The notes beneath the pieces are model-generated. The model was not told the origin of the DNA and searched no databases. It worked only from the letters and a program-made list of their open reading frames with translations. Below are positions 39,665 through 49,717 of a stretch of DNA of 64,000 nucleotides, piece after piece; within the stretch, counting starts at the first letter, position 1, and each line of letters begins with the position of its first letter. Origin of the DNA: Nitrospirales bacterium (GTDB taxonomy: Bacteria > Nitrospirota > Nitrospiria > Nitrospirales > UBA8639); assembly GCA_965223295.1 (NCBI GenBank), contig CBDCWC010000003.1, positions 416,001-480,000 on the forward strand, given 5' to 3'. Both the position numbers and the translations under genes were made by a program.

Positions 39665-39903
39665 CTTTAGATTTGTTAAGGAAGAATTTTCTGCTCAGCC
39701 GATCTGGATTTTTACGCTCAGCTGGTCATTAATTGATTTTTTTTAAAGAAAATTCGCCTCTTCATCTCTTCAAATGTGCATAACTCCAATCGCCGAACAT
39801 TTTCCCTGTTGATAACTCATAAAATCTGCTTTGAAAGCCCTATCAATATTCATGTTTTACAACTCACAAGTTTTTCACAGAAATCCCCATGCCTTCACAA
39901 TTT

Positions 39904-39951
39904 TTACAATATTTAGTATTGACAATTCCCCCTATACTCTATAGATTGTGG
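39904..39951 (+). promoter_or_regulatory. Tandem NrdR boxes overlapping a sigma70 promoter of nrdJ
   Basis: TTACAATATTTAGTAT (39904-39919) and ACTCTATAGATTGTGG (39936-39951), 32 bp apart, resembling acaCwAtATaTwGtg; TTGACA 39919-39924, 17 nt, TAGATT 39942-39947. Confidence 0.8.
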
Positions 39952-40008
39952 GTCATTGGTCTTTACCAATTATTTCTTCAGATCTTATTTTTCCTGTTTT
40001 CTCTGCTT

Positions 40009-40141
40009 GGTTCCGGTTTGTGGTATGACCTGTGAGTCACACAATTTGAGGGCATATTTCCTTTTCTAAAAACGGTGAAATAGAGCCCCTCTGGAACCGG
40101 TCAAGGAAAGGGCATGTCAATTCTGTACATGCTCTTTTTTT
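40009..40141 (+). ncRNA. Candidate structured leader RNA with intrinsic terminator upstream of nrdJ
   Basis: GGTTCCGG/CTGGAACC closing stem around two hairpins, then AAAGGGCATGT/ACATGCTC-T7. Confidence 0.55.
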
Positions 40142-40275
40142 ATTCACCCTGACCCAATCATCCAAGTTATCCCTAGCTTGGTCGTTTGGAAGTAGAGAGT
40201 AACCGGACTAGTTACGATGATGATCGAAGAAATACCCCACTGTGCTTCCACCATGTCTTCAAAAGGAGACTTTTC

Positions 40276-43200
40276 ATGAAAATTGCACGACGTTTTACGA
40301 AACTTGGCGAGAGCCCTTATCAGACCATTCCCTTTTCCACACGATCTTCGGAAATCAGAAATCCTGACGGATCAGCTGTCTTTAATCAGGACAATATTCT
40401 GGCTCCTGAACATTGGTCTCAATTGGCTATCGACATTTTAGCGCAAAAATATTTTCGTAAAGCCGGCGTGCCGCAATATGACGATGACGGTCAACCCCTC
40501 TTTAACGAGAAGGGCGGGCCCTTACTTGGAGGGGAACGTGATGCTCGCCAGGTCTTTCACCGCTTGGCAGGATGCTGGACCGAATGGGGGAAGAATCATC
40601 ATTACTTTGACTCTCCAGAAGATGCTCAGACCTTTAAGGATGAACTCAGCTACATGTTAGCGTGGCAAATGGCAGCCCCCAATTCTCCGCAATGGTTTAA
40701 TACCGGCTTGCATTTTGCCTATGGCTTATCCGGTCCCTCGCAAGGCCATTACTATGTGGACCCCAATACCCATCGGGTCAAGCAAGCACGCAATGCGTAT
40801 GAACGTCCGCAAGTGCATGCCTGTTTCATTCAATCTATTTCTGATGATTTGGTCAACGAAGGTGGGATTATGGACCTCTGGGTTCGTGAAGCCCGTCTGT
40901 TTAAATACGGCTCCGGAACCGGCACGAATTTCTCAAAGTTACGGGCTGATGGAGAGGCTTTATCCGGCGGCGGCCGTTCTTCCGGACTGATGTCGTTTCT
41001 CAAAATCGGGGATCGAGCGGCAGGCGCTATTAAATCGGGCGGGACGACAAGACGAGCGGCAAAAATGGTCTGTCTAGATCTGGATCACCCTGACATCGAA
41101 GAGTTTATTGATTGGAAGGTTGTAGAAGAACAAAAAGTCGCGGCCATGGTCACCGGCTCAAAGATTTGCGCGCAACATCTCAACACCGTGCTCAAGGCCT
41201 GCCATGCTTCCAAACCTGATGGCACCATGCAGCTCAACGTCAATCCAGCCGAAAATTCCGCCTTACAGGAGGCAATCAAAGCCGCCCGTGAGATGTCTGT
41301 GCCTGAAGCCTATATTCAACGCATGTTCAATTATGCCCAAGAAGGGTTCACCCATTTTGTCTTTCATGAATACGACACCAATTGGGATAGTAAAGCCTAC
41401 CAAACGGTCTCAGGGCAAAATTCCAATAACAGCATTCGGGTGCCCAATGAATTTTTTGTCGCGCTCAAATCTGGCGGCGATTGGACATTGACCCGTCGCA
41501 CAGATGGCAGTGTGTTCAAAACCATTCCTGCCAAGGACCTTTGGGACCGAATTTCATGGGCTGCTTGGATTTGTGCCGATCCCGGCATTCAATATGACAC
41601 GACCATCAATGAATGGCACACCTGCCCACAAGCTGGGCGGATTAACGCGTCAAATCCCTGCAGTGAATATATGTTCTTAGATGACACCGCATGTAATCTA
41701 GCATCTTTAAATCTCGGGCGGTTTCTGACGCCAGAGGGCCAATTCGATATTGAAGGATTTCGGCATGGCGTACGGTTATGGACAATTGTCTTAGAAATTA
41801 GCGTCTTAATGGCTGGATTCCCCAGTCGGGCCATCGCCGAAAAAAGCTTTTCTTTCCGCACACTCGGATTGGGCTATGCCAATCTTGGCTCAATTCTCAT
41901 GAAGTTAGGCATCTCCTATGACTCACCCGAAGCCTTAGCCTGGTGCGGCGCCATCACAGCCTTGATGACCGGGGAATCCTACGCCACCTCTGCAGAAATG
42001 GCCAAGGAACTTGGGCCTTTCAATGCCTATCCCCGTAATGCTGAATCTATGTTGCGAGTCATGCGGAACCATCAACGAGCCACGCACAATGTTGAACCAG
42101 ACGAGTATGAAGGACTCACCATTACCCCTCAAGGTATACCGCAAGATCAATGTCCACAAGACTTGCTGACAGCTGCGCAGAAATCCTGGGATCGGGCCCT
42201 TGAACTAGGGGAACAATATGGCTACCGCAATGCTCAATCAACGGTTATCGCACCAACTGGGACCATTGGCTTAGTCATGGACTGTGATACCACTGGTATC
42301 GAACCTGACTTTGCTCTCGTCAAATTCAAGAAACTTGCGGGCGGAGGGTATTTTAAAATTATCAACCAAAGCTTGCCGCCAGCCTTACGAAATCTGGGAT
42401 ATAGCTCCTCCGAGATTCAAGACATTATTACCTATGCCACCGGTACTCGTACGCTCAAGCAAGCGCCATTTATTAACCATGAAACTTTGCAAGCCAAAGG
42501 ATTTGACCGAACCATCCTGGAACATCTTGAAACAACATTGGACGGAGCCTTTGATATTCAATTTGTCTTTAATAAATGGACGTTGGGAGAAGACTTCTGT
42601 CGCAACACATTAGCACTCACCGACGCACAACTTGAAAATCCACAACTGAATATCCTTCAACATTTAGGCTTTACACAAGAGGAAATTCTGGCCGCCACAG
42701 ATTTTTGCTGCGGCACCATGACCGTGGAGGGCGCACCACATCTCAAACCGGAACATTTAGCGATCTTTGACTGTGCCAACCGATGCGGACGCATTGGGCA
42801 ACGGTATATTCTGCCTCAAGCTCATATTCGAATGATGGCCGCAGCCCAGCCATTTATCAGCGGGGCTATCAGCAAAACCATCAATATGCCAGCCGATGCG
42901 AGTGTGGATTCGGTCAAAGATGCATATCTCTCGTCATGGACTTCCATGTTAAAAGCCGTGGCCTTGTATCGTGACGGCTCCAAACTTAGTCAACCATTGA
43001 ATTCCGTAAGCGATTGGGGAGAGGCATCGGCTCAAGCCGAGCAAGTCCAATCTGTGGCGAAAGAGGCCGCCTCGCGTGTGCTTGTCCGTTATCTGGCAAA
43101 ACGACGCCCTCTTCCAACACGCCGTGGTGGCTATACGCAGAAAGCCATTGTTGGAGGACATAAGATTTATTTACGAACAGGCGAGTACGAAGACGGCACG

Positions 43201-43809
43201 CTTGGAGAAATTTTTCTGGACATGCACAAAGAAGGCGCCGCCTTCCGGAGTCTCATGAATTGTTTTGCCATCGCTATCTCCCTTGGTCTCCAGCATGGCG
43301 TCCCTCTTGAAGAATTCGTGGATGCCTTTCTGTTTACACGTTTTGAACCGAATGGACCGGTCAAACTCAACAACCATATCAAGATGTCCACGTCGATCAT
43401 CGATTACATTTTCCGTGAAATGGCCATTACCTATCTTGGCAGACATGACCTGGAACAAGTTGCCCCGGAAGACCTTCGGGTGGATGCCCTCAAGAAACAA
43501 ACAGACACGGAAGAAGGAGATGGAGAAGGTTTGGTAGACCCTCGTTCGTTGAGTTCAACCTCCATTAGTCCGGAAGTTTTTCCCTCTCGCCGATCATCCG
43601 AGAATGGAAAAGGAAAGAACGGTGGTCCGAGAAAAATCGCACGGAAAGTCGAAATGCAACGTGAAACCGTGACCGTTACTGAAGTTCAGGAAGCCCGGCA
43701 AAAAGGATACGAGGGCGATCCTTGTCAAGAATGCAAGCAATTTATGATGGTCCGCAATGGCATGTGCCTGAAGTGCGACAACTGTGGTGCCACCAATGGA
43801 TGCTCCTAA
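40276..43809 (+). CDS. nrdJ: Class II (adenosylcobalamin-dependent) ribonucleotide reductase, single chain with TSCPD-like domain and C-terminal Cys cluster
   Basis: [68 protein letters not shown] before MKIARRF. Confidence 0.96.
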   Translation: MKIARRFTKLGESPYQTIPFSTRSSEIRNPDGSAVFNQDNILAPEHWSQLAIDILAQKYFRKAGVPQYDDDGQPLFNEKGGPLLGGERDARQVFHRLAGCWTEWGKNHHYFDSPEDAQTFKDELSYMLAWQMAAPNSPQWFNTGLHFAYGLSGPSQGHYYVDPNTHRVKQARNAYERPQVHACFIQSISDDLVNEGGIMDLWVREARLFKYGSGTGTNFSKLRADGEALSGGGRSSGLMSFLKIGDRAAGAIKSGGTTRRAAKMVCLDLDHPDIEEFIDWKVVEEQKVAAMVTGSKICAQHLNTVLKACHASKPDGTMQLNVNPAENSALQEAIKAAREMSVPEAYIQRMFNYAQEGFTHFVFHEYDTNWDSKAYQTVSGQNSNNSIRVPNEFFVALKSGGDWTLTRRTDGSVFKTIPAKDLWDRISWAAWICADPGIQYDTTINEWHTCPQAGRINASNPCSEYMFLDDTACNLASLNLGRFLTPEGQFDIEGFRHGVRLWTIVLEISVLMAGFPSRAIAEKSFSFRTLGLGYANLGSILMKLGISYDSPEALAWCGAITALMTGESYATSAEMAKELGPFNAYPRNAESMLRVMRNHQRATHNVEPDEYEGLTITPQGIPQDQCPQDLLTAAQKSWDRALELGEQYGYRNAQSTVIAPTGTIGLVMDCDTTGIEPDFALVKFKKLAGGGYFKIINQSLPPALRNLGYSSSEIQDIITYATGTRTLKQAPFINHETLQAKGFDRTILEHLETTLDGAFDIQFVFNKWTLGEDFCRNTLALTDAQLENPQLNILQHLGFTQEEILAATDFCCGTMTVEGAPHLKPEHLAIFDCANRCGRIGQRYILPQAHIRMMAAAQPFISGAISKTINMPADASVDSVKDAYLSSWTSMLKAVALYRDGSKLSQPLNSVSDWGEASAQAEQVQSVAKEAASRVLVRYLAKRRPLPTRRGGYTQKAIVGGHKIYLRTGEYEDGTLGEIFLDMHKEGAAFRSLMNCFAIAISLGLQHGVPLEEFVDAFLFTRFEPNGPVKLNNHIKMSTSIIDYIFREMAITYLGRHDLEQVAPEDLRVDALKKQTDTEEGDGEGLVDPRSLSSTSISPEVFPSRRSSENGKGKNGGPRKIARKVEMQRETVTVTEVQEARQKGYEGDPCQECKQFMMVRNGMCLKCDNCGATNGCS

Positions 43810-44015
43810 TGGGTCTGTTGAAAAAAGCCGCCAGCGGCGTTCTCGCCCTTGTTCCGTGCTCACGTCGTGCCAGGACGCTCCGCGCGCAAAAATGGCTGCG
43901 GCCTTCCCTTCGACAAGCTCAGGGCATGCTTTTTTGAACAGCCCTGATGCCTCTGACATGTGACGTCGTAGAGACGAAATGTGGCCATTGATATCATCAT
44001 TATTCAACAGTCCCC
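43810..44015 (+). repeat. Dispersed MITE-like element, copy F (inserted at the nrdJ stop codon)
   Basis: Flanked by TAA (the nrdJ stop, 43807-43809) and TAA (44016-44018); carries a CCCTTCGACAAGCTCAGGGCA insert. Confidence 0.92.
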
Positions 44016-44052
44016 TAATTGAGTTTGCATTGACCCAGTAGCGAGCAACCTC

Positions 44053-44445
44053 GTGTCAACCTCAATCTCTCTAGACCATTCAAACGTCGCCAAAGACTGG
44101 CATGCTCGAGGATTTTCCTGCGGACTATGGATTGACCATGGCGGACGAGAATGGTCCTACCATGCTCATCAGTCGGATGAATTGTTTATGATACTATCCG
44201 GAGCATTAGAGTTGGAGGTAGGAGGACAATCTTTATCGCCTGCAGTTGGAAAAGAAATTCGTATCCCAGCAGGTGCTCCCTATATCATTCGAAATGTCGG
44301 TGAACACACTGCCCGCTGGCTTTACGGACAACCTCGCAAGTCGCAACAGGCATCGCATGCTCAGACCCCTAAGCGCACCATTTTGAAGAGAAAAAGAAAG
44401 GCCGAAAAGAGAACAACAGGCGTCAAAATACAAAACAACGTGTAA
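44053..44445 (+). CDS. Cupin-domain protein
   Basis: RGFSCGLWID..G.EW..H..DELFMILSGALELEV..G.EIRIPAG...RNVG..TARWLYG. Confidence 0.8.
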   Translation: MSTSISLDHSNVAKDWHARGFSCGLWIDHGGREWSYHAHQSDELFMILSGALELEVGGQSLSPAVGKEIRIPAGAPYIIRNVGEHTARWLYGQPRKSQQASHAQTPKRTILKRKRKAEKRTTGVKIQNNV

Positions 44446-44475
44446 AATACATCTTGGCCCAAGCTTTCTCGTAAC

Positions 44476-45348
44476 TTACTTCTGTTCACCATCTTTCGCG
44501 CACCGAAATCCAGTTGTCAAATCTTGAAAGTCGACTTCGGCTTTCGAACGGGCCGTCACCCGTAAATTGACAGGTTGATCCTCCCACGACCCACCGCGTA
44601 ACACTTTAAAATCTCCTTCTGCCGGACCCTGAGGATTTTTCTTGGGGCTGTCCTCATAATAAAACCGATCATACCAATCATTGACCCATTCAGCGGCATT
44701 CCCCGCCATATGATAAAGCCCATAAAAACTTTTTCCACCTTGCTTGAGGCCATGTCGGATACTCATCCCCTTGGTCCCGCTGGTGACTGGAGAAAGCGTA
44801 ATAGGATAACTCACCCAGCCTGTCGTGCCCTGATTATAATTGGCAATATCCACGAAAGGTTGCATATGCCCCCAAGGATATCGCCGTCCGTCTGTTCCCC
44901 GTGCCGCTTTTTCCCATTCTGCTTCAGTGGGTAACCGTTTGCCGACCCACCGACAATATCGTATGGCATCATTCCACGTAATACCCACCGCAGGACGGTC
45001 ACCAACTTTCCCAGTGGCGGCGCCATCATCCCATAAGGGTGGAGGTTCAATACTGTAATCTTCGTCGAGTAATATTTGATACTCAGCCATCGTGACTTCA
45101 TACCGATCAATGAAATAGGCATCCAGCCATACCATATGCTCCGGACGCTCATTTCGTGAACCTTCGTTATCTCCCATTGTAAATTCTCCTTCAGGAATCA
45201 ACACCATGGTTCCTGGAGGCCCATCGACTGGCCCCTGATCAACTTCGCCTGATTCCGTGTACTTCCAATCCTCGGCTGACAACGAAACGACAGGTAGCCC
45301 AAATACACAGGCCACCACAATCACCCTCACAAAGAACTCTGGATTCAT
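44476..45348 (-). CDS. FGE-sulfatase (SUMF1/EgtB-like) domain exported protein
   Basis: IPEGEFTMG, ERPEH, DRYEVT, RLPTEAEWEKAARG, MAGNAAEW, RGGSW, GFRCA. Confidence 0.92.
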   Translation of the reverse strand: MNPEFFVRVIVVACVFGLPVVSLSAEDWKYTESGEVDQGPVDGPPGTMVLIPEGEFTMGDNEGSRNERPEHMVWLDAYFIDRYEVTMAEYQILLDEDYSIEPPPLWDDGAATGKVGDRPAVGITWNDAIRYCRWVGKRLPTEAEWEKAARGTDGRRYPWGHMQPFVDIANYNQGTTGWVSYPITLSPVTSGTKGMSIRHGLKQGGKSFYGLYHMAGNAAEWVNDWYDRFYYEDSPKKNPQGPAEGDFKVLRGGSWEDQPVNLRVTARSKAEVDFQDLTTGFRCAKDGEQK

Positions 45349-45483
45349 AAGGCCCTCACATGAATGAGATGAAAGAAATGTCTATTTTTTGTTTCTTCAC
45401 CTTATCGAAAGATAGCCGGCATTGGAAGAGCTCAAGACACATTTGCTTCATCTAGCCCATAGGATGATGGTCATGAAAATAGA

Positions 45484-45512
45484 GAAGCCGCTGAAAATAT
45501 TTCAGCGGCTTC
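45484..45512. terminator. Hairpin downstream of tRNA-Glu (probable terminator)
   Basis: GAAGCCGCTGAAA-ATA-TTTCAGCGGCTTC perfect stem immediately 3' of the tRNA. Confidence 0.6.
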
Positions 45513-45518
45513 AAGATT

Positions 45519-45596
45519 TGGCGTCCCCAGCGGGATTTGAACCCGCGTTGCCGCCTTGAAAGGGCGGCGTCCTAGGCCAGGCTAGACGATAGGGAC
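45519..45596 (-). tRNA. tRNA-Glu(TTC)
   Basis: GTCCCTATCGTCTAGCCTGGCCTAGGACGCCGCCCT-TTC-AAGGCGGCAACGCGGGTTCAAATCCCGCTGGGGACGCCA. Confidence 0.97.
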
Positions 45597-45856
45597 GGAT
45601 GAAACAAATTTCCCTATACTATTCAAAGGGTAACTTCCCACTGCTTTGCTACTGATGTGCAGTCAGAGAATATGATTCTAACAACGAACAAAACATGGGT
45701 CAAACCAAGAACTTAGGTCATCTCATTTCACAATCTCGCTGAAAAATGAGTCCTTCTAACTCTATCAATTGAATGTGTAGAAGAAAGGAATATACAAATC
45801 ATTTACAACAAAATAGCACGACCCTACCCCATTGATTTGATGAATACTATTGAAAA

Positions 45857-46287
45857 TGGTGGAGGAGCGGGCCTGTAAGCCGGATTCTGTACCGATAGAG
45901 GCAAGCCTTATCGGCGGTGACCATTTCTCTAGAACCTAAGTTACCCTAGGCTTCAAGCAACCTACCCGGGAACCTTGGCCGGGCCGACCTCCCTCTCCGA
46001 GAGTGGGAAATGACTTTCACACTTCACGGAGATTCGTTCCCCTATTTGGTTTTGCTCCAGGTGACGCTTACCCTGCCGCTTATGTCACCACAAGCGCGGT
46101 GAGCTCTTACCCCACCATTTCACCCTTACCTGACTGAAGCCAAAGCCCCAGCCATCGGCGGTATCTTTTCTGTGGCGCTAGTGTCGGATTGCTCCGCCTG
46201 GGCGTTACCCAGCACCGTGCCCTATGGAGTCCGGACTTTCCTCTCACCTATGAATAGGTGAGCGGCCACCCGGCCCACTTCCACCAT
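45857..46287 (-). ncRNA. rnpB: RNase P RNA (class A)
   Basis: Minus strand has GAGGAAAGTCCGGACTCC, GCCACAGAAA, GGGTGAAATGGTGGGTAAGAGC, ACAGAATCCGGCTTAC and pairing 5'/3' ends; ends approximate. Confidence 0.95.
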
Positions 46288-46345
46288 CACCTATCGTAGG
46301 CCGAGAAGAAAATGAATGCAAGGGAATGATGAAGAGCACTAACCG

Positions 46346-47074
46346 CTAATCGAGCGTTTCCACTTCCAAATGATGGGCCATGAAGAGAAGACGATGGCAA
46401 TAGGAGCAGTCCATTAACTCATCGCCTCGCCGCACTTCCGCAACGAGTTGGGGAGGAAGTTGAAGCCGGCAACCACCACAGGCACCATCCTTGACTTCCG
46501 CCACGGCATAGCCTTTTCGCATGGTCTTTAAGCGGTTATAGCGGGCCAACAAGGGTTTTTCTACTGCATCTGCAACAGCTTGTTGCTGTCGCTCCAGATC
46601 AGTTAATTCGTTCGCAAGTTGGGAAAAGTGATTGTCTAAGCGGGCTTTTTCAGCTTCAAACAGGTTCTTGGCCTCAAGAGCTTGTTCCTCAAGCTCTTTC
46701 ACCGCTTTCTTGTTTTCCTCTACTCGCTCCATAGTCTCAATGACAGACTCCTCAATGGAATCCTTTTTCTTTCTGGCCTGTTCAATTTCAAAGAGATGCG
46801 CTTGATACTCTTTATTGGTTTTTAACTCAGAGAGTCGGCTCCGGACTTTATGTAGCACATCTTCCTGAGTCGCCAACTCGCGTTCAGCACTCCGTTGTTG
46901 TACGACAAGGGATTCTCCAGTGTTTTTCAACGTTTGGAGACGGGAAAGAATCTCCTGGAGGGGAGCCTCGACTGATTTGAGAAGCTCTGGGGCCTTTCGT
47001 TGGGAATCTTGAATCTGAAAAATTCGAAGATCAAACTTTTGAAGTTCAATAAGAAATTGCAGCTGCGAATTCAC
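46346..47074 (-). CDS. Coiled-coil protein with C4-type zinc ribbon (DUF164/CT398-like)
   Basis: LIELQKFD, KTNKEYQA, CGGC..LPPQ..CSYCHRLL; GTG start with GAGG RBS (the ORF-track start overlaps the tRNA). Confidence 0.9.
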   Translation of the reverse strand: MNSQLQFLIELQKFDLRIFQIQDSQRKAPELLKSVEAPLQEILSRLQTLKNTGESLVVQQRSAERELATQEDVLHKVRSRLSELKTNKEYQAHLFEIEQARKKKDSIEESVIETMERVEENKKAVKELEEQALEAKNLFEAEKARLDNHFSQLANELTDLERQQQAVADAVEKPLLARYNRLKTMRKGYAVAEVKDGACGGCRLQLPPQLVAEVRRGDELMDCSYCHRLLFMAHHLEVETLD

Positions 47075-47136
47075 AAAGTCCTCAACATTAATACAGCCTA
47101 ACCACTCTCTTCGCGTTTCACATCGGGCCGCTTTCT

Positions 47137-47213
47137 TGGTGGGCCCACCAGGACTTGAACCTGGGACCAACTGATTATGAGTCAGTCGCTCTAACCAACT
47201 GAGCTATGGGCCC
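47137..47213 (-). tRNA. tRNA with CAT anticodon, probably tRNA-Ile2 (lysidine)
   Basis: GGGCCCATAGCTCAGTTGGTTAGAGCGACTGACT-CAT-AATCAG...GGGCCCACCA; G1-C72 pair excludes fMet; C4-G69 and C5-G68 fit TilS determinants. Confidence 0.9.
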
Positions 47214-47307
47214 AAACCTCAGAACCGCATACCATACCTTTTACCATAGATTGGCTCATAGGAAAAATACCTTTTCCACTTTTCTTTCGTCCTGGCCGGA
47301 AATATCT

Positions 47308-49125
47308 TTAGGACGCCATGAATCCAGCTTTTTGGTTTCGAATCTCATGAATGTGAAGGTTCAACGCATCGACATCTTCATGACGTCCTTCTCGTTCTGC
47401 GGCTTTCATTTGCCCGATTAAGTCATTCAACTGCCGTTGAAGATGTTTATTCCTCAGAATACGAAGGCAACCTTCCGCATGGGCATAGGTATCTTCAAGA
47501 TATAAATCTTCTACGCTTAACTGTGCCACCACTGCCTCATAGTCTTGTTTCAAAGCCTCCCGAAATCCTTGGAGCGCAACCTGGCCTGTCTCGTCACGAT
47601 AGGCGAGAATTTGCTTCAAGAGCTGACGATACACTGGAACCGTCAAGACTTCCGCATCTAATTGCAGGACATGCGAAGCCTCTAAACGCTCCTGCAGTAA
47701 TAATATAATTAAATCTCGTTCTTCTCGTTTCCCAGATGGTAAAGAAAGGGACGGAACAGGCTCAGGCTGTGTGGTTGTGGGCCGGGTAGAAGCCGCAGGA
47801 GCTCGCAATGTGGAAAGACGCTTTCTTAGCAAATCCTGTCGAATCCCTAGGCGTTCGGAGACAACTTTTAGATACTCGTCTTTCTCAAGCGGGTTTTTAG
47901 TCTTTTGAAGAATGGCTAGGACCTCATCCGCACATTTCACTCGATCCTGAATAGAATGTTTTGGGGCCTCATTCAGGACCGAGGTCACCACGAAATCTAA
48001 AAGGGTCGCCGCCTGGCCTTCTAACTCCCGAAAACCTTCGACACCATTTGCTCGAATAAATGTATCAGGGTCCTCCCCTACGGGTAACACCAACACACGC
48101 ACATCCATGCCTGAATTCATAAATAAATCTAAAGTCCGCAACGCTGCCTTAACCCCGGCCGCATCCCCGTCAAACACCAGAGTGACTGACGACGCAAACC
48201 GCCTCAACACCTGCACGTGATTGGCTGTGAGTGCAGTTCCCAAAGGTGCCACAACATTCGTGATGCCATACTCATGCAATGCAATCACATCAAAATACCC
48301 TTCAACCAAATAAAACCGCCCCTCTGCCATGGCGGACTGTCTAGCCTTATCCAAAGCATAGAGTGAACGCCCCTTGAAAAATTGATCGGTTTCAGGGGAA
48401 TTTAGATATTTGGGGGTGGCTTCATCCTCCATGACTCGACCGCCAAAAGCCACCACATGCCCTCTAATATCCGCAATCGGGAGTACGACGCGATTTCGAA
48501 ATCGGTCATAAGTTGAAGCACCTCTTGTTCCTTCTTTTTCTTTTCTGACTACTAAGCCTGCATGCACTAGTTCTTCGACCCGGACTGACTGTTTCTCCAT
48601 CCATCGGGATAACCCGTTCCAGCTTCCTGGCGCATATCCCAATTGAAACGTGGTCCAAGATTGGCGGGAAATGCCCCGTTGATCCAAATAGTTCCTGGCT
48701 CCTTGGGCCTCTGCGGCTTCTTGAAGATTGTCGTGGTACCAAGAGGCCGCCAACTGATAGAGCTGAAAATATCGCTCACGAGGCAACCCTGATTCCGAGC
48801 GAGAAAAAGATTGACGGCGTTCTGGGAGAGTGACACCCGCACGCTGAGCCAACTCTTGAAGGGCTTCCACAAATTCCATATTGTCCTGCTTCATGAGAAA
48901 CGTAAAGACATCTCCTCCGGCTTGACAGCCAAAACAATGAAAAAATTGACTCCCGGGATTGACGGAAAAGGATGGAGATTTTTCAGAATGGAAAGGGCAA
49001 AGGCCCTTATAATTTTGACCCGTTTTGGAAAGACTCACGTAGGAGGAAATCACATCGACAATATCGATACGTTCCCGAATCTGCTGGATGATTTCTGAAG
49101 GAACGCCTCGTTTGTCACTTGCCAT
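47308..49125 (-). CDS. dnaG: DNA primase
   Basis: CPFHSEKSPSF..CFGC zinc domain, YDRFRNR, KYLNSPET, VEGYFDV, FDGDAAG, DPD. Confidence 0.97.
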   Translation of the reverse strand: MASDKRGVPSEIIQQIRERIDIVDVISSYVSLSKTGQNYKGLCPFHSEKSPSFSVNPGSQFFHCFGCQAGGDVFTFLMKQDNMEFVEALQELAQRAGVTLPERRQSFSRSESGLPRERYFQLYQLAASWYHDNLQEAAEAQGARNYLDQRGISRQSWTTFQLGYAPGSWNGLSRWMEKQSVRVEELVHAGLVVRKEKEGTRGASTYDRFRNRVVLPIADIRGHVVAFGGRVMEDEATPKYLNSPETDQFFKGRSLYALDKARQSAMAEGRFYLVEGYFDVIALHEYGITNVVAPLGTALTANHVQVLRRFASSVTLVFDGDAAGVKAALRTLDLFMNSGMDVRVLVLPVGEDPDTFIRANGVEGFRELEGQAATLLDFVVTSVLNEAPKHSIQDRVKCADEVLAILQKTKNPLEKDEYLKVVSERLGIRQDLLRKRLSTLRAPAASTRPTTTQPEPVPSLSLPSGKREERDLIILLLQERLEASHVLQLDAEVLTVPVYRQLLKQILAYRDETGQVALQGFREALKQDYEAVVAQLSVEDLYLEDTYAHAEGCLRILRNKHLQRQLNDLIGQMKAAEREGRHEDVDALNLHIHEIRNQKAGFMAS

Positions 49126-49173
49126 CTCAAGACCCTCAATGGGCAGAAAAACTGTAGGCTCTCATTGTGAAAA

Positions 49174-49366
49174 AGGCACTGTTGAATAATTCAATTTCAA
49201 GCGACAAAAAGGCCTTCAGAGCAATGGTGCCTTCAATTATGACGGGAATGGTCAAAAAAGTTCGTCCAACAAGGCCGCAGCCATTCTTGCGCGCGGAGCG
49301 TCCTGGCATGACGTAAGCACGGGAAAATGGCGAGAACGGCGCTGGCGGATTTTTTCAACATTCCCA
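49174..49366 (-). repeat. Dispersed MITE-like element, copy G (third tail subtype)
   Basis: GGCACTGTTGAATAATTCAATTTCAAG...GGGAATGGTCAAAAAAG...TTTTTTCAACATTCCC. Confidence 0.88.
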
Positions 49367-49372
49367 TAAAGA

Positions 49373-49717
49373 TTATCCTGGCGGCCATGTAAAAGATCGC
49401 CCACCAAGGACATGCCAGTGAAGGTGAAACACTGTCTGCCCCGCTCCTCGCCCCGTATTTGCGACCACACGATATCCACCTTCCACAAGACCTTTGTCCT
49501 TCGCCATTGTGGAACAGACCACAATAAGCCGTCCCAATAACGCAGCATCCGAATCTTGTATGTCAGCTAATGAGACAATATGCCGTTTAGGTATCACTAA
49601 GACATGGACTTTGGCCTGCGGGTTAACATCATCAAAGGCCACCACATCATCATCTTCATAAATTTTTTTCGTAGGAATGGTCCCCTGAACAATTTGACAA
49701 AAAATACAATCAGCCAT
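49373..49717 (-). CDS. hinT: Histidine triad nucleotide-binding protein (HinT)
   Basis: MADCIFCQI, DVNPQA.VHVLVIPK, GQTVFHLHWHVLGGR. Confidence 0.93.
   Translation of the reverse strand: MADCIFCQIVQGTIPTKKIYEDDDVVAFDDVNPQAKVHVLVIPKRHIVSLADIQDSDAALLGRLIVVCSTMAKDKGLVEGGYRVVANTGRGAGQTVFHLHWHVLGGRSFTWPPG

Noticed and set aside
39960-40275. Cobalamin riboswitch ahead of nrdJ
   Set aside because: No recognisable AGGGAA..GGTG..TCC or GCCACTG..GGGAAG B12-box elements; the fold seen is different and is reported separately.
47075-47170. N-terminal extension of the zinc-ribbon ORF given in the ORF track
   Set aside because: It overlaps the tRNA; GTG at 47074 has an RBS and matches the family start.
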